Shown: positions 13,121 through 25,100 of the stretch, in pieces
Position numbering within the stretch: the first letter of the stretch is position 1
How the letters are laid out: the number at the start of each line of letters is the position of its first letter
From: Sphyrna mokarran
Lineage: Eukaryota
DNA length: 64,000 nucleotides
Direction: 5' to 3'
NCBI GenBank assembly: GCA_024679065.1
Contig: JAGIQG010000009.1
Coordinates: 69,936,001 to 70,000,000 of the forward strand
Made by a program: the position numbers and the translations under genes
The notes under the pieces: model-generated
What the model was told of the DNA's origin: nothing
Databases searched by the model: none
The model's input: the letters and a program-made list of their open reading frames with translations, nothing else

Positions 13121-16100
13121 GTAGAGTCTTTGATGCCTGTATTGTGTCGGTTATTGTAGCTTAGTTGTTGTCACGCTCCAAGAACCGTAATGAATACTCT
13201 ATTTGATGTCACAGGTTGTAAACTGTCTGTTCTTGCTTCCCCTATAACATTTAACGCCTATTGTTAACTTCAGAGACCTGGGCATAATCAGTTATTCCCA
13301 CTGTTGCAGATCCTTGAAGGAAATTATTGGCTAATGCTGTGAGTGCCTGTTCAGAAGTTCCGAACAATTTTGGCTGTTGCTTTCTTTAACTAATGACATA
13401 CTGAACATGGTCCACTGCATTTGCCAACAGTTTTGTGCAACAGCATTAACTGTGAGTTTGATGTTTTGTGTTTTGCCTATCTGGTCCTATCATGCCAGAA
13501 CATTGCCATAACTGTTGTTGTTGAGCTTTTCACAATATTGCATTTGGAACCTTTTGGGAATGGGTCTCATTTTTGTTCTGCTTCATCTGGCTCTAGTTAG
13601 AACATGCTATTTATAGGGACAATTTTATTTCTCAGATTGTCTAATGGCAGATGACATTGATTCCTATTAAAATTAATTGCATTTACGTGGCCTATTTGTT
13701 AACCTTGACTCATCCCAGTCAGAGAACTAAATTCAAGTTTCACTCAAAAGATTTAAGCTTATAATCTAGACTGATTTTTCGAAGTGCAATGCTCGACAAG
13801 GTGCTGCTCTGTGGGAAGTGCAGTTTCAGATGAGACTTTTACACAGAAAGTCCCCATCTACTCTCTCAAATGTGAATGATCTAATGGTACTCTTCAAAGA
13901 GCAGCTGAGAATTTTTTTATAAACATATATCCTTCCTCCAACATAAATAATATTAATTGATGTTCTTCAGATCCTGTACACTGCCATGTTTTCTACAGCT
14001 TCTCAGTTACTATACAGTCTAATTGCTTATTTGACGAGTTTGCAGATGAGAGAGAGCTTCTTAAAGCTTGACTACATCCCACGGTTTATCTCCTGTGCTT
14101 CAACTGTGACTCCCATCATGCCGATCCACTGCTAATTCAGGTTGAACTCAGGTCCACAATACCACAAAAAGTTTCACCTTCTTGGCATTAAACTATAGGA
14201 TCAGCTACAATTAAGCAATTAACTACTTGAGTCTGAGTTCTGCTGTTTGGTAAGGTCATTGCTGATTTGTGATCAAACTCTTAGCTCCCCCACCCTCCTC
14301 ACCTTTGGCATGATCCAGCATCAACTCTCATTTTGAGATGAATGGGATCAAAGCTTATGGGGAGAAAAAACGATTAGATTGATCAGCCATGATTGTGATG
14401 AATGGCAGAGCAAGCAGGAAGAGCCAAATGGCCACTTTCTGCTCCTATCTTCTATGTTTCTGTTTGAATGAAATTTCCAAATTTTGTCATCCTTTCTATA
14501 TGGAAGTGTTTCCAAATTTTAGTTTTGACTGATCTGACTCTAATTTTTAGGCAGCCTGAACTTTTTCAGCCAACAAAAATACTACTTTGTCTATCTAACA
14601 GTTCCCCTTAAACTTTGATCAAATCATTTGATTGTCTGATGTAGACCTGGTTTTTATAATTGCAAATATGAGGACACCAAGCATCATATTAAGGCTCATT
14701 TTGATTGGTCACTTATGGTACAGAAGGAGGTCATTTGGCTTGAGTCTGTTCCAAGTTTTATGTTTACACATGTTGTGTATCACTACAACCATCACCAACA
14801 TTACATATAAAGTGTGCCTCCTCCACCAATGAAGTCATCATTTATGCTTTTGTCACTTTTTCAGATGCCTTAACCCCTTGTACTATGTTATCCCTGAACT
14901 TTATCTCATTCAAAATCTGTTTTTTTGTTTTCTAATTTCTTTTGAATCATTCTCACCAACCTCCATTGATTCCCTATCCTACTTCCTGGAATCCTTCTGG
15001 TTCTTTGCCCATACCTCGCTCTGTAATTTTCTCTGGCCTGGGGGGACCTCTACAGAGATTCTGCTGATTTGATTCTGATCATCTTTGAATTCCAACCTCG
15101 CCTCCACATAACAACTGGCAAAAGACTCCTTGGCATGTTAGATCCTTCATCCTAAATTGTTCTGTGTGTGCCCATCATGAGCCTCCAGAAATCTTATCTG
15201 TCGATTACTATGAAATGCTTTGAAACATTTAATCACCATAAAGATGGGATGTAAATGTAAGTTCCTGTGTATATCCTTGTAAAAGACCGCTGTGTAGTTT
15301 CTATCAAGTAAGTGTAGTTTTGCCGTTAATTTTTCTGAAAGATGAATTTTATTAAGTATACATCGGGAAATTTTGTGCACTATATATTTAATACCAGATT
15401 TTCACCTAAGAGATTAATGGCAGGGTTTCCACTGAAAAGTCTAGGCTGCGGTATCATCTGAATACATAAAACAACAAACCTCACAGATTTTTCTGGCAAA
15501 AGAGGAAAGATCTCCGCAGGAAGCAATTACTGTCCAGGGTCTTGACAGAGCAATTTTCCTACCTCCATCTCAGTGAGGAATTAATTATGCATCAGATCCA
15601 CACTGCAAACTCTTTTCTCCCTACCACCATCCCCCCTCCACCCACCTGAAACAAGACATTCTGCAAAAAAAACCCCAGCTTTTTGGAGTCTGAGGACATT
15701 TAGCAGTAATTATTGAGATTGTAATTTAAAAAAAAGTCATTCAACAAATAAGCTTTTCAGGAGTTTTTGCAGAGACTAATGATATGAAGTTCACTAATTT
15801 GCATATAGATAATACTGCAATCTTGCAGAATTTACGGAGAGCATAGAGTGACAGGTAATTCCTGGATATTCTACACTGAGAATTGTTGGCTTCAGTGACT
15901 GGATTCTGTTTTGCTCTCCATACAAAATCTATTGTTTAAATATGACAAAACAAGCCCTTTGCTGTACATTGCATATAAAACAACCTTATTTTCTGGCTTC
16001 AAAAGTCATAGTTTTTCCATAACGCTTGTACTTTCAGTCCTGTGGTGCTATGCTTGTATTAGTAGCCTCAATTTTTCATCTAACAAATGCATTTTTTCTC

Positions 16101-16591
16101 TCTGCGATACATATGATCCTCACAAGAAATCAGACAGGCAATATGGGTTGTGTTGTGAAGATTTTATGCGGGTTTATGATGTAGTAGGTCCCATGTGGTT
16201 AACGACAAAGAAGGCGACTGCTGAGGCAGCACTGTTCACTTTTAGCTTCACCATAAAATCAACCCTGTTTGGAAGAATTTTTCTAGGTTTCCAAGGACAA
16301 TTAAGGCCAGAATTCTCTGATATATGCCTTGCCACGACTGTCAGTGACAATAGTGTTGAGGCAGCAGTGACCAGTGCTACATGCCATTCATCTGTTCTTA
16401 TTTCAATAAGTTGCATAATCAACTATGGATGGGAAAAGAATATGTACCACTATTTCAAAATTTATCCATGTATTGGGCCATTGTTGGCTAACCAAGTGCC
16501 ACTTTAATCAGCTGTAAACTCTTTCTGTAGAATGCAATGACTTTAATAATCTTTTAGTATTTTTGTTGACCGATCCCCTTCCTTCGTGCAG

Positions 16592-16790
16592 CCTATTTCT
16601 AGGAGGAGATGTTAATGTGAAAGGCACTCCAACTAAGAGCTCTGACCAGCCTAAACCCGCCAAGAGTGGGAGTTCAGCAGAGAGCATCAAGTCGATCAGC
16701 ATTTCATCAGATTCCAGCAGTTTGGAAAGCGAACAGCCCTGCACTTCATACGCTTATGCTCAAGAAGGACCCCAGAAAAAGCTAACAGAG
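16592..16790 (+). CDS. RGL1: mirror copy of exon 15
   Basis: Reverse complement of 27037-27235. Confidence 0.6.
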
Positions 16791-18303
16791 GTATTTCTCA
16801 CAAAACATATTGTGGGAATTCAAAGCAAGTCCTGCCATCCCCACACCCACCACTGTACTTTGACCATCAATGGGGATACAAGGGTGCTCACCAATATCTA
16901 AACTGATCACTGGTTCTGCCTGCCCAAATGCAACATGCCTTTCTTCATGGGCATATAATGTCTGATTGGGCTAACACACCTCTTGGGAACAAGCTATCGT
17001 CCTTAATTTGAATGTATTTAAGGCGACAACCTCATAATTGGCTTCTGCATGCAATATGCAACCCCAAATTACACTACTGGTCAAAATTTCAGATTTGCAG
17101 GTAAGACTTCTGTCTCAACAAATTTCAACCCATGTTGTTTATAAAGCTATCAGATGCCAGAAAATTTATAATTAACTGCATAGAATGCAAACTGATATTG
17201 TTTATATGAAATACGAGCTTGTTATGCATAGATTTTATTAAATATGTATCGAGGCAGCTTCACATGATTGTCACAGTAAAACCAATATCATGAAGTTAAG
17301 TTTGAAACACCTTTGATAGTGCAGGCTGATTTTTATGGTAAATATAACACACAGGCTGTTGTGACCATAATAACTTCTAGTGTGTAATCCACAAAAATAG
17401 CACTTTGGATCAAAATCTAACAAACTACTCCACCAATAACAACAAAGCAATGCAGCTCTGCTTATCCATCAGAGTCCCACTTGACTGCCTGCTCTGTTTC
17501 TTTTCTACACTTGATCTTTAGTTATTGTTCAGCATATTCTCCAATGGCGAATGGTGTTTCTTGGGAGATTATCAATGACCTGGATCGTCCCTTTTAGTAG
17601 AATATGTTGATGACCCATTCCTTGGAAATTTCAGTAATTCGGATGTTTTAAAATATATAGATTTTATAGATTCACCTCTTTCAGTTTGTGTAATCCATCT
17701 CTCCAATAATGTTACTGCATTGCCCATACCCTGTATCTCAAGAGTTATTTGGCTTTTAATTTCCTTCTATCTTTCATGTCTTCTTGTCTCCTTTTTCTGG
17801 TGCTTTGCCTCACCTGCACAAAGCATCACCACTGGATGTATTTAATTTCAATCAGTGTCAGTGGGTGCTGCAAGTGAGTCACCAGGTGAGGCAAGCAGGG
17901 TAACATTTCTGAGTATGGGAGCATTCAACAGCATGGAAACCAAAATCCCAAAGGGACTATTTGATGATTTAAGTACAGCTTAAATACCTGAATGTAATGG
18001 CCCACTAGGCACTTATACATATGTGCTAAATGATAACTGCCAATGTTGGCTTGGTGACTAGTAAACATTAGGTGGCATCGTTCATCAGCACGGATTTTTG
18101 GCTAGGTAGAATCACAAGGTAAAGATTTCAGTATAACTAACTACCTTGAAATTGTGCATTCGTCAAGGCCAAACTATTGTGTCCACAATGTCTCCACTTC
18201 TGAGGGAATGGCAGAAAGTTTGTGTCAAAATAAATATAACTGGGAAGAAGGACCTTTCTGAAATATAATCATTGGCAATTTTTTTTCTAAAATAATTCTG
18301 CAG

Positions 18304-18798
18304 TCATCCGAATCCTTGTGTTCTGTGGACATCTCCTCCTCCTCAGGAATTACATTGCAAGAATCATCACCACCAGCATCGCCACCGCCAGCATCATCAG
18401 AGTCACAGCTGTTGGTATCATCATCATCAGAATCGCTGCTGGCAGTATCGCAGCTGCCAGGATCGTGGCTGCCAGGGTCGTGGCCGGCAGGATCGTGGCT
18501 GCCAGGATTGCGGCCACCAGTATCGCGGCCGCCAAGATCTTGGCCGCCAGTATCGTGGCCGCCAGTAGCCTGGCCCACCGTAGCACTGCTGCCAGGAGTG
18601 GGGCCGCTAGAATTGCTGCCATCAGTTTCACCATCGCCAGTATCACCACCATTACCCGAGCCTACCAAGGTTCACAACCATTTTGCCTCAGTCACTTGCT
18701 ACAATGAAGGTCCCGTGTTCGACAAGCTGCAAGAAGATAGCTGTATCATCTGGGTCAGCCTAGAGAATGATGATGGAAATCTATACAAAAGTGTTTTG
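18304..18798 (+). CDS. RGL1: mirror copy of exon 16
   Basis: Reverse complement of 25029-25523. Confidence 0.6.
18403..18642 (+). repeat. coding 15-nt minisatellite, about 16 units, consensus near TCGTGGCYGCCAGKA (mirror 25185-25424)
   Basis: Units read directly, e.g. TCGTGGCTGCCAGGG, TCGTGGCCGGCAGGA, TCGTGGCTGCCAGGA, TCGTGGCCGCCAGTA. Confidence 0.9.
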
Positions 18799-21711
18799 GT
18801 AAGTACGTGGATTGTTTTCTTTATTCATATTCAAGTTGTATAAAGATTGTTAATTTCTGCCAGTATAAACATAAATGCAAGAGAACGTTTATTTTTGAGG
18901 GGAAAATCTGGCCTCTGAACCATTTGTTCCCACACAGTCACGCTCAAGATGACTTGTGTGACTATGACCAGTACTACTTCACTGTCTACTTTCCATGTCA
19001 CTGAAGCTTTTGATTCCTGAGCACTCTGACATTTCACTTTTTTCATGGAATATTGGAGCATTTTCTTTGAGTCTGGAGTCTTTTTTTAAATGTCCTTACT
19101 CATTAACTATACAGAGCACAACAAAATGTAGCACTTTAGTATGTTTATTTAAGGGTTTAAGCTGTTGTTAATTTGTACCATTTCCTCACCCCTTGTGCAA
19201 CAAATGCAGTTAAGAGATACAAATTGAAATCTAAGTCACTTGATTACCGCATGACTAACTATGGGTACTCTGGTCCTCCTGTTGGCTAATTGATTAATTT
19301 TAGCTCGGCATTCCTTGAGGCTTGCATGGAATTTAAAAGGATAGAGAATAGAAGAGAGCAAAGCAAAAATGGAGGTGGTGAAAGGGTACAGTTTAACTGT
19401 CAATGATAATTGTTTAATTACACTGCTTTTATCTCTTAACCAATTTCGTATCCATGTTGCCACTGCTTCTTTCATCCCAGTGGCTTCAATGTTGCTTGTG
19501 CTGTGCAGCACTTTAGCAAACAGCTTTTTGAAAATCCATAAGTACCACACTGATCTTTGTACTAATCCTCTAGTCACTCATTAATTCAGTGAAGTTAGTC
19601 AAACAGATTCACGCAGCTGTCATTTGACACATTTTTTCCTGAACAATGAAGATGGCAATTAACTTTCTCGAACAGATATGCAATCTGCAGGTTTGATTGG
19701 AGGAATTTAGCCTATCATCTTCATTTGGATTGAGACATTTCAGTGTGTACAACCAATTAATTACACATATTGGTATAGATATACCTTGTGTCCGTCATTG
19801 CACCCGAGATAAGACAGCCGTTAGAAGTTGAAACTATTTCAATTCTGCTGTTGTTCAAGACAATCTTCCTGACCCAGTTTGGTTAAGATGTTGTAGAAAT
19901 TATTTTTCACTTGAGATTGAATAAAATCAACAAATTAAAATATTGTTTCAAACTGAAAATTTGCAATGCAGCATGCTTCATGAATGCTGAAAGGAATTGC
20001 CCCATTTAAGATTTAATAGGTTGGAGTTGCACTTGTAATCAGTACTGCCATCAATGTACAGAGACATGGTTAGTTAATATCGACTTCCTTTAAGAAAGAT
20101 CCAGATAAGTTTAATCATTTTCTACACAAGCATTCGGAATATATCACAATATTCTTTCATAATGGGGAAGAGCTTTTCTGATGCCAAAGAAACTTTTCTA
20201 TCATAAGGTACTAATCTCAAGAATAACAGGAAACTTGGAATGTATGGAACATATGTTTCTCTGTTCTATCTGTCTTCACCAGGTTACACTCTGACTATGC
20301 TGTGAATATGATGCCAACTGGCAGAGATCCAGCTTATGAATTCATAGCAAAACATTGCCATATTTGAAATTGGCACCAGTAAATTCTTTTCAGTGCTCAA
20401 ATTAATAGTCTGTCATGGGGATGGAACTAAGGTACATAAGGAGCAATCTCGGGAGACTAAGCATATGTTCACCGATATGCATCCTGACAGGTTAATCAGA
20501 ATGTGTGTGAGATCACTGCAAACAAAGTCTGCACCAGTAACTGGACTTGTTCTTGGGCAACTGACCATCCCCAAGAGTTCTGCTACCATATGATAGCATG
20601 AAATTCATTCTTATGAACAATAGATCATCCCTTTCTCATGCTGGAGGATATTATCATTAATCAGAAGTGCAAATTTGTTAATTTACAGTATCTTGAATGC
20701 CTTGCAATTCATCCTGGAATGGCAGGATCTTTAATGAGTCCAAAATATGATTCCACTGAATATACCAATTAAAAGATACAAAAGGTTGAAATTCTCAGAT
20801 AAGTCAACCTTGATATCGACAATTGCAAATTGGTAAGATCTCGTACTATAACATTGCTGCTCTCCCATATGTTTATAAAGAGCTTTGTTTCTGAGTGGCT
20901 GGAAAAATTGAATTTGTAAACCATGGACTGCAGCTCAAAAGAAGAAAAACATGCACAGTTTCTCAACTGGGAAAATTCCCTAATTCTCCCAAACAAATAT
21001 CCAGATCCGTCATGTTCTTCATCTCATGGGATCAGCCATTTGCTGGACTGCTCAAACTTGAGCTGGGAGAAATAAGCTCCAGATATAATAAGACTGAACA
21101 AAAACCAAAAGGAGATTGTTTTAAAAAAATAACATTGCTGCATATTTTGGTCACTTCAATATCCTGTTTACCTATGCAAGTCCAGTGGTTCAAAGTTTCT
21201 GAACTCCATTCAGGGACTAAATGCTGCTTAATGTCGCAATCATTTTTATGAATTACTTTTATATAAACATGAACTAATATTATATGTCAGATTGATAATT
21301 GAGCTTTTAGCTCTATGAACAATAAATGTCAAAAATAAGCAAATGGTATAGGGGGAAAGAATGGAGCATTTAAATTGATTTTGTTTCGGACAAATTTATT
21401 TGCTTTAAACTACAAATATAGGTAAGATTGCCTAGGAATCCTTGTGGTGAAACACCGGGCTCTGTTTCTCTCAGATATTTAAGCGTGTTCCTTTACTTCT
21501 CATAACAAATGGATTTCGGTGCATTAAAGGCAAGTTTTTGCAATACCAGTCCTAAGACATTACAGTTACATAGATGGATATTATTTCTCTGTAATTTGTA
21601 CAGTGTTCAATATAATGCCACTATATATCTACTGAGCAAAAACAGCCATTTTTTAAGGGCTTGCACTTTTTTCATTATTCCTAAAGAAAAGTAAATGTTC
21701 TTTCTATTTAG

Positions 21712-21826
21712 GTAACAAATGAAGATAAAGCACCTGTGGTTATCCTGAGAGCCATGTCCAAGCACAACCTTGAACCAGAACTGATGGAAGATTATCAGCT
21801 GGTACAGATTACCTCAAAAGATAAAG
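21712..21826 (+). CDS. RGL1: mirror copy of exon 17
   Basis: Reverse complement of 22001-22115. Confidence 0.6.
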
Positions 21827-21863
21827 GTGAGAGATGGGAATTGTATCTCAATTTATGATAAGT

Positions 21864-21963
21864 NNNNNNNNNNNNNNNNNNNNNNNNNNNNNNNNNNNNN
21901 NNNNNNNNNNNNNNNNNNNNNNNNNNNNNNNNNNNNNNNNNNNNNNNNNNNNNNNNNNNNNNN
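21864..21963. other. 100-N scaffold gap at the palindrome centre
   Basis: Exactly 100 n, flanked by ...tatgataagt and acttatcata... Confidence 0.99.
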
Positions 21964-22000
21964 ACTTATCATAAATTGAGATACAATTCCCATCTCTCAC

Positions 22001-22115
22001 CTTTATCTTTTGAGGTAATCTGTACCAGCTGATAATCTTCCATCAGTTCTGGTTCAAGGTTGTGCTTGGACATGGCTCTCAGGATAACCACAGGTGCTTT
22101 ATCTTCATTTGTTAC
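22001..22115 (-). CDS. RGL1: exon 17 (115 nt), RA domain: [38 protein letters not shown]
   Basis: ctatttag|GTA and G|gtgaga; DKAP..KHNL..YxLVQ motif. Confidence 0.93.
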
Positions 22116-25100
22116 CTAAATAGAAAGAACATTTACTTTTCTTTAGGAATAATGAAAAAAGTGCAAGCCCTTAAAAAATGGCTGTTTTTGCTCAGTAGAT
22201 ATATAGTGGCATTATATTGAACACTGTACAAATTACAGAGAAATAATATCCATCTATGTAACTGTAATGTCTTAGGACTGGTATTGCAAAAACTTGCCTT
22301 TAATGCACCGAAATCCATTTGTTATGAGAAGTAAAGGAACACGCTTAAATATCTGAGAGAAACAGAGCCCGGTGTTTCACCACAAGGATTCCTAGGCAAT
22401 CTTACCTATATTTGTAGTTTAAAGCAAATAAATTTGTCCGAAACAAAATCAATTTAAATGCTCCATTCTTTCCCCCTATACCATTTGCTTATTTTTGACA
22501 TTTATTGTTCATAGAGCTAAAAGCTCAATTATCAATCTGACATATAATATTAGTTCATGTTTATATAAAAGTAATTCATAAAAATGATTGCGACATTAAG
22601 CAGCATTTAGTCCCTGAATGGAGTTCAGAAACTTTGAACCACTGGACTTGCATAGGTAAACAGGATATTGAAGTGACCAAAATATGCAGCAATGTTATTT
22701 TTTTAAAACAATCTCCTTTTGGTTTTTGTTCAGTCTTATTATATCTGGAGCTTATTTCTCCCAGCTCAAGTTTGAGCAGTCCAGCAAATGGCTGATCCCA
22801 TGAGATGAAGAACATGACGGATCTGGATATTTGTTTGGGAGAATTAGGGAATTTTCCCAGTTGAGAAACTGTGCATGTTTTTCTTCTTTTGAGCTGCAGT
22901 CCATGGTTTACAAATTCAATTTTTCCAGCCACTCAGAAACAAAGCTCTTTATAAACATATGGGAGAGCAGCAATGTTATAGTACGAGATCTTACCAATTT
23001 GCAATTGTCGATATCAAGGTTGACTTATCTGAGAATTTCAACCTTTTGTATCTTTTAATTGGTATATTCAGTGGAATCATATTTTGGACTCATTAAAGAT
23101 CCTGCCATTCCAGGATGAATTGCAAGGCATTCAAGATACTGTAAATTAACAAATTTGCACTTCTGATTAATGATAATATCCTCCAGCATGAGAAAGGGAT
23201 GATCTATTGTTCATAAGAATGAATTTCATGCTATCATATGGTAGCAGAACTCTTGGGGATGGTCAGTTGCCCAAGAACAAGTCCAGTTACTGGTGCAGAC
23301 TTTGTTTGCAGTGATCTCACACACATTCTGATTAACCTGTCAGGATGCATATCGGTGAACATATGCTTAGTCTCCCGAGATTGCTCCTTATGTACCTTAG
23401 TTCCATCCCCATGACAGACTATTAATTTGAGCACTGAAAAGAATTTACTGGTGCCAATTTCAAATATGGCAATGTTTTGCTATGAATTCATAAGCTGGAT
23501 CTCTGCCAGTTGGCATCATATTCACAGCATAGTCAGAGTGTAACCTGGTGAAGACAGATAGAACAGAGAAACATATGTTCCATACATTCCAAGTTTCCTG
23601 TTATTCTTGAGATTAGTACCTTATGATAGAAAAGTTTCTTTGGCATCAGAAAAGCTCTTCCCCATTATGAAAGAATATTGTGATATATTCCGAATGCTTG
23701 TGTAGAAAATGATTAAACTTATCTGGATCTTTCTTAAAGGAAGTCGATATTAACTAACCATGTCTCTGTACATTGATGGCAGTACTGATTACAAGTGCAA
23801 CTCCAACCTATTAAATCTTAAATGGGGCAATTCCTTTCAGCATTCATGAAGCATGCTGCATTGCAAATTTTCAGTTTGAAACAATATTTTAATTTGTTGA
23901 TTTTATTCAATCTCAAGTGAAAAATAATTTCTACAACATCTTAACCAAACTGGGTCAGGAAGATTGTCTTGAACAACAGCAGAATTGAAATAGTTTCAAC
24001 TTCTAACGGCTGTCTTATCTCGGGTGCAATGACGGACACAAGGTATATCTATACCAATATGTGTAATTAATTGGTTGTACACACTGAAATGTCTCAATCC
24101 AAATGAAGATGATAGGCTAAATTCCTCCAATCAAACCTGCAGATTGCATATCTGTTCGAGAAAGTTAATTGCCATCTTCATTGTTCAGGAAAAAATGTGT
24201 CAAATGACAGCTGCGTGAATCTGTTTGACTAACTTCACTGAATTAATGAGTGACTAGAGGATTAGTACAAAGATCAGTGTGGTACTTATGGATTTTCAAA
24301 AAGCTGTTTGCTAAAGTGCTGCACAGCACAAGCAACATTGAAGCCACTGGGATGAAAGAAGCAGTGGCAACATGGATACGAAATTGGTTAAGAGATAAAA
24401 GCAGTGTAATTAAACAATTATCATTGACAGTTAAACTGTACCCTTTCACCACCTCCATTTTTGCTTTGCTCTCTTCTATTCTCTATCCTTTTAAATTCCA
24501 TGCAAGCCTCAAGGAATGCCGAGCTAAAATTAATCAATTAGCCAACAGGAGGACCAGAGTACCCATAGTTAGTCATGCGGTAATCAAGTGACTTAGATTT
24601 CAATTTGTATCTCTTAACTGCATTTGTTGCACAAGGGGTGAGGAAATGGTACAAATTAACAACAGCTTAAACCCTTAAATAAACATACTAAAGTGCTACA
24701 TTTTGTTGTGCTCTGTATAGTTAATGAGTAAGGACATTTAAAAAAAGACTCCAGACTCAAAGAAAATGCTCCAATATTCCATGAAAAAAGTGAAATGTCA
24801 GAGTGCTCAGGAATCAAAAGCTTCAGTGACATGGAAAGTAGACAGTGAAGTAGTACTGGTCATAGTCACACAAGTCATCTTGAGCGTGACTGTGTGGGAA
24901 CAAATGGTTCAGAGGCCAGATTTTCCCCTCAAAAATAAACGTTCTCTTGCATTTATGTTTATACTGGCAGAAATTAACAATCTTTATACAACTTGAATAT
25001 GAATAAAGAAAACAATCCACGTACTTACCAAAACACTTTTGTATAGATTTCCATCATCATTCTCTAGGCTGACCCAGATGATACAGCTATCTTCTTGCAG

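Noticed and set aside
15911-16507. 198-aa ORF, the longest in the window (mirror 27320-27916)
   Set aside because: Intronic, non-ATG start, no recognisable motif
18403-18642. CRISPR-like array or other prokaryotic system
   Set aside because: Repeats are contiguous with no spacers, no cas genes, and the context is a spliced vertebrate gene
18225-18707. Several long overlapping ORFs on both strands (Gly/Asp-rich, Ala/Ile-rich)
   Set aside because: Alternative frames of the stop-poor 15-nt repeat in exon 16; only the S/P/W frame is splice-linked to the RA domain
1-21863. A genuine second RGL1-like gene on the plus strand
   Set aside because: No difference seen even in introns and an identical end at an N gap; not accepted as a separate gene without read evidence
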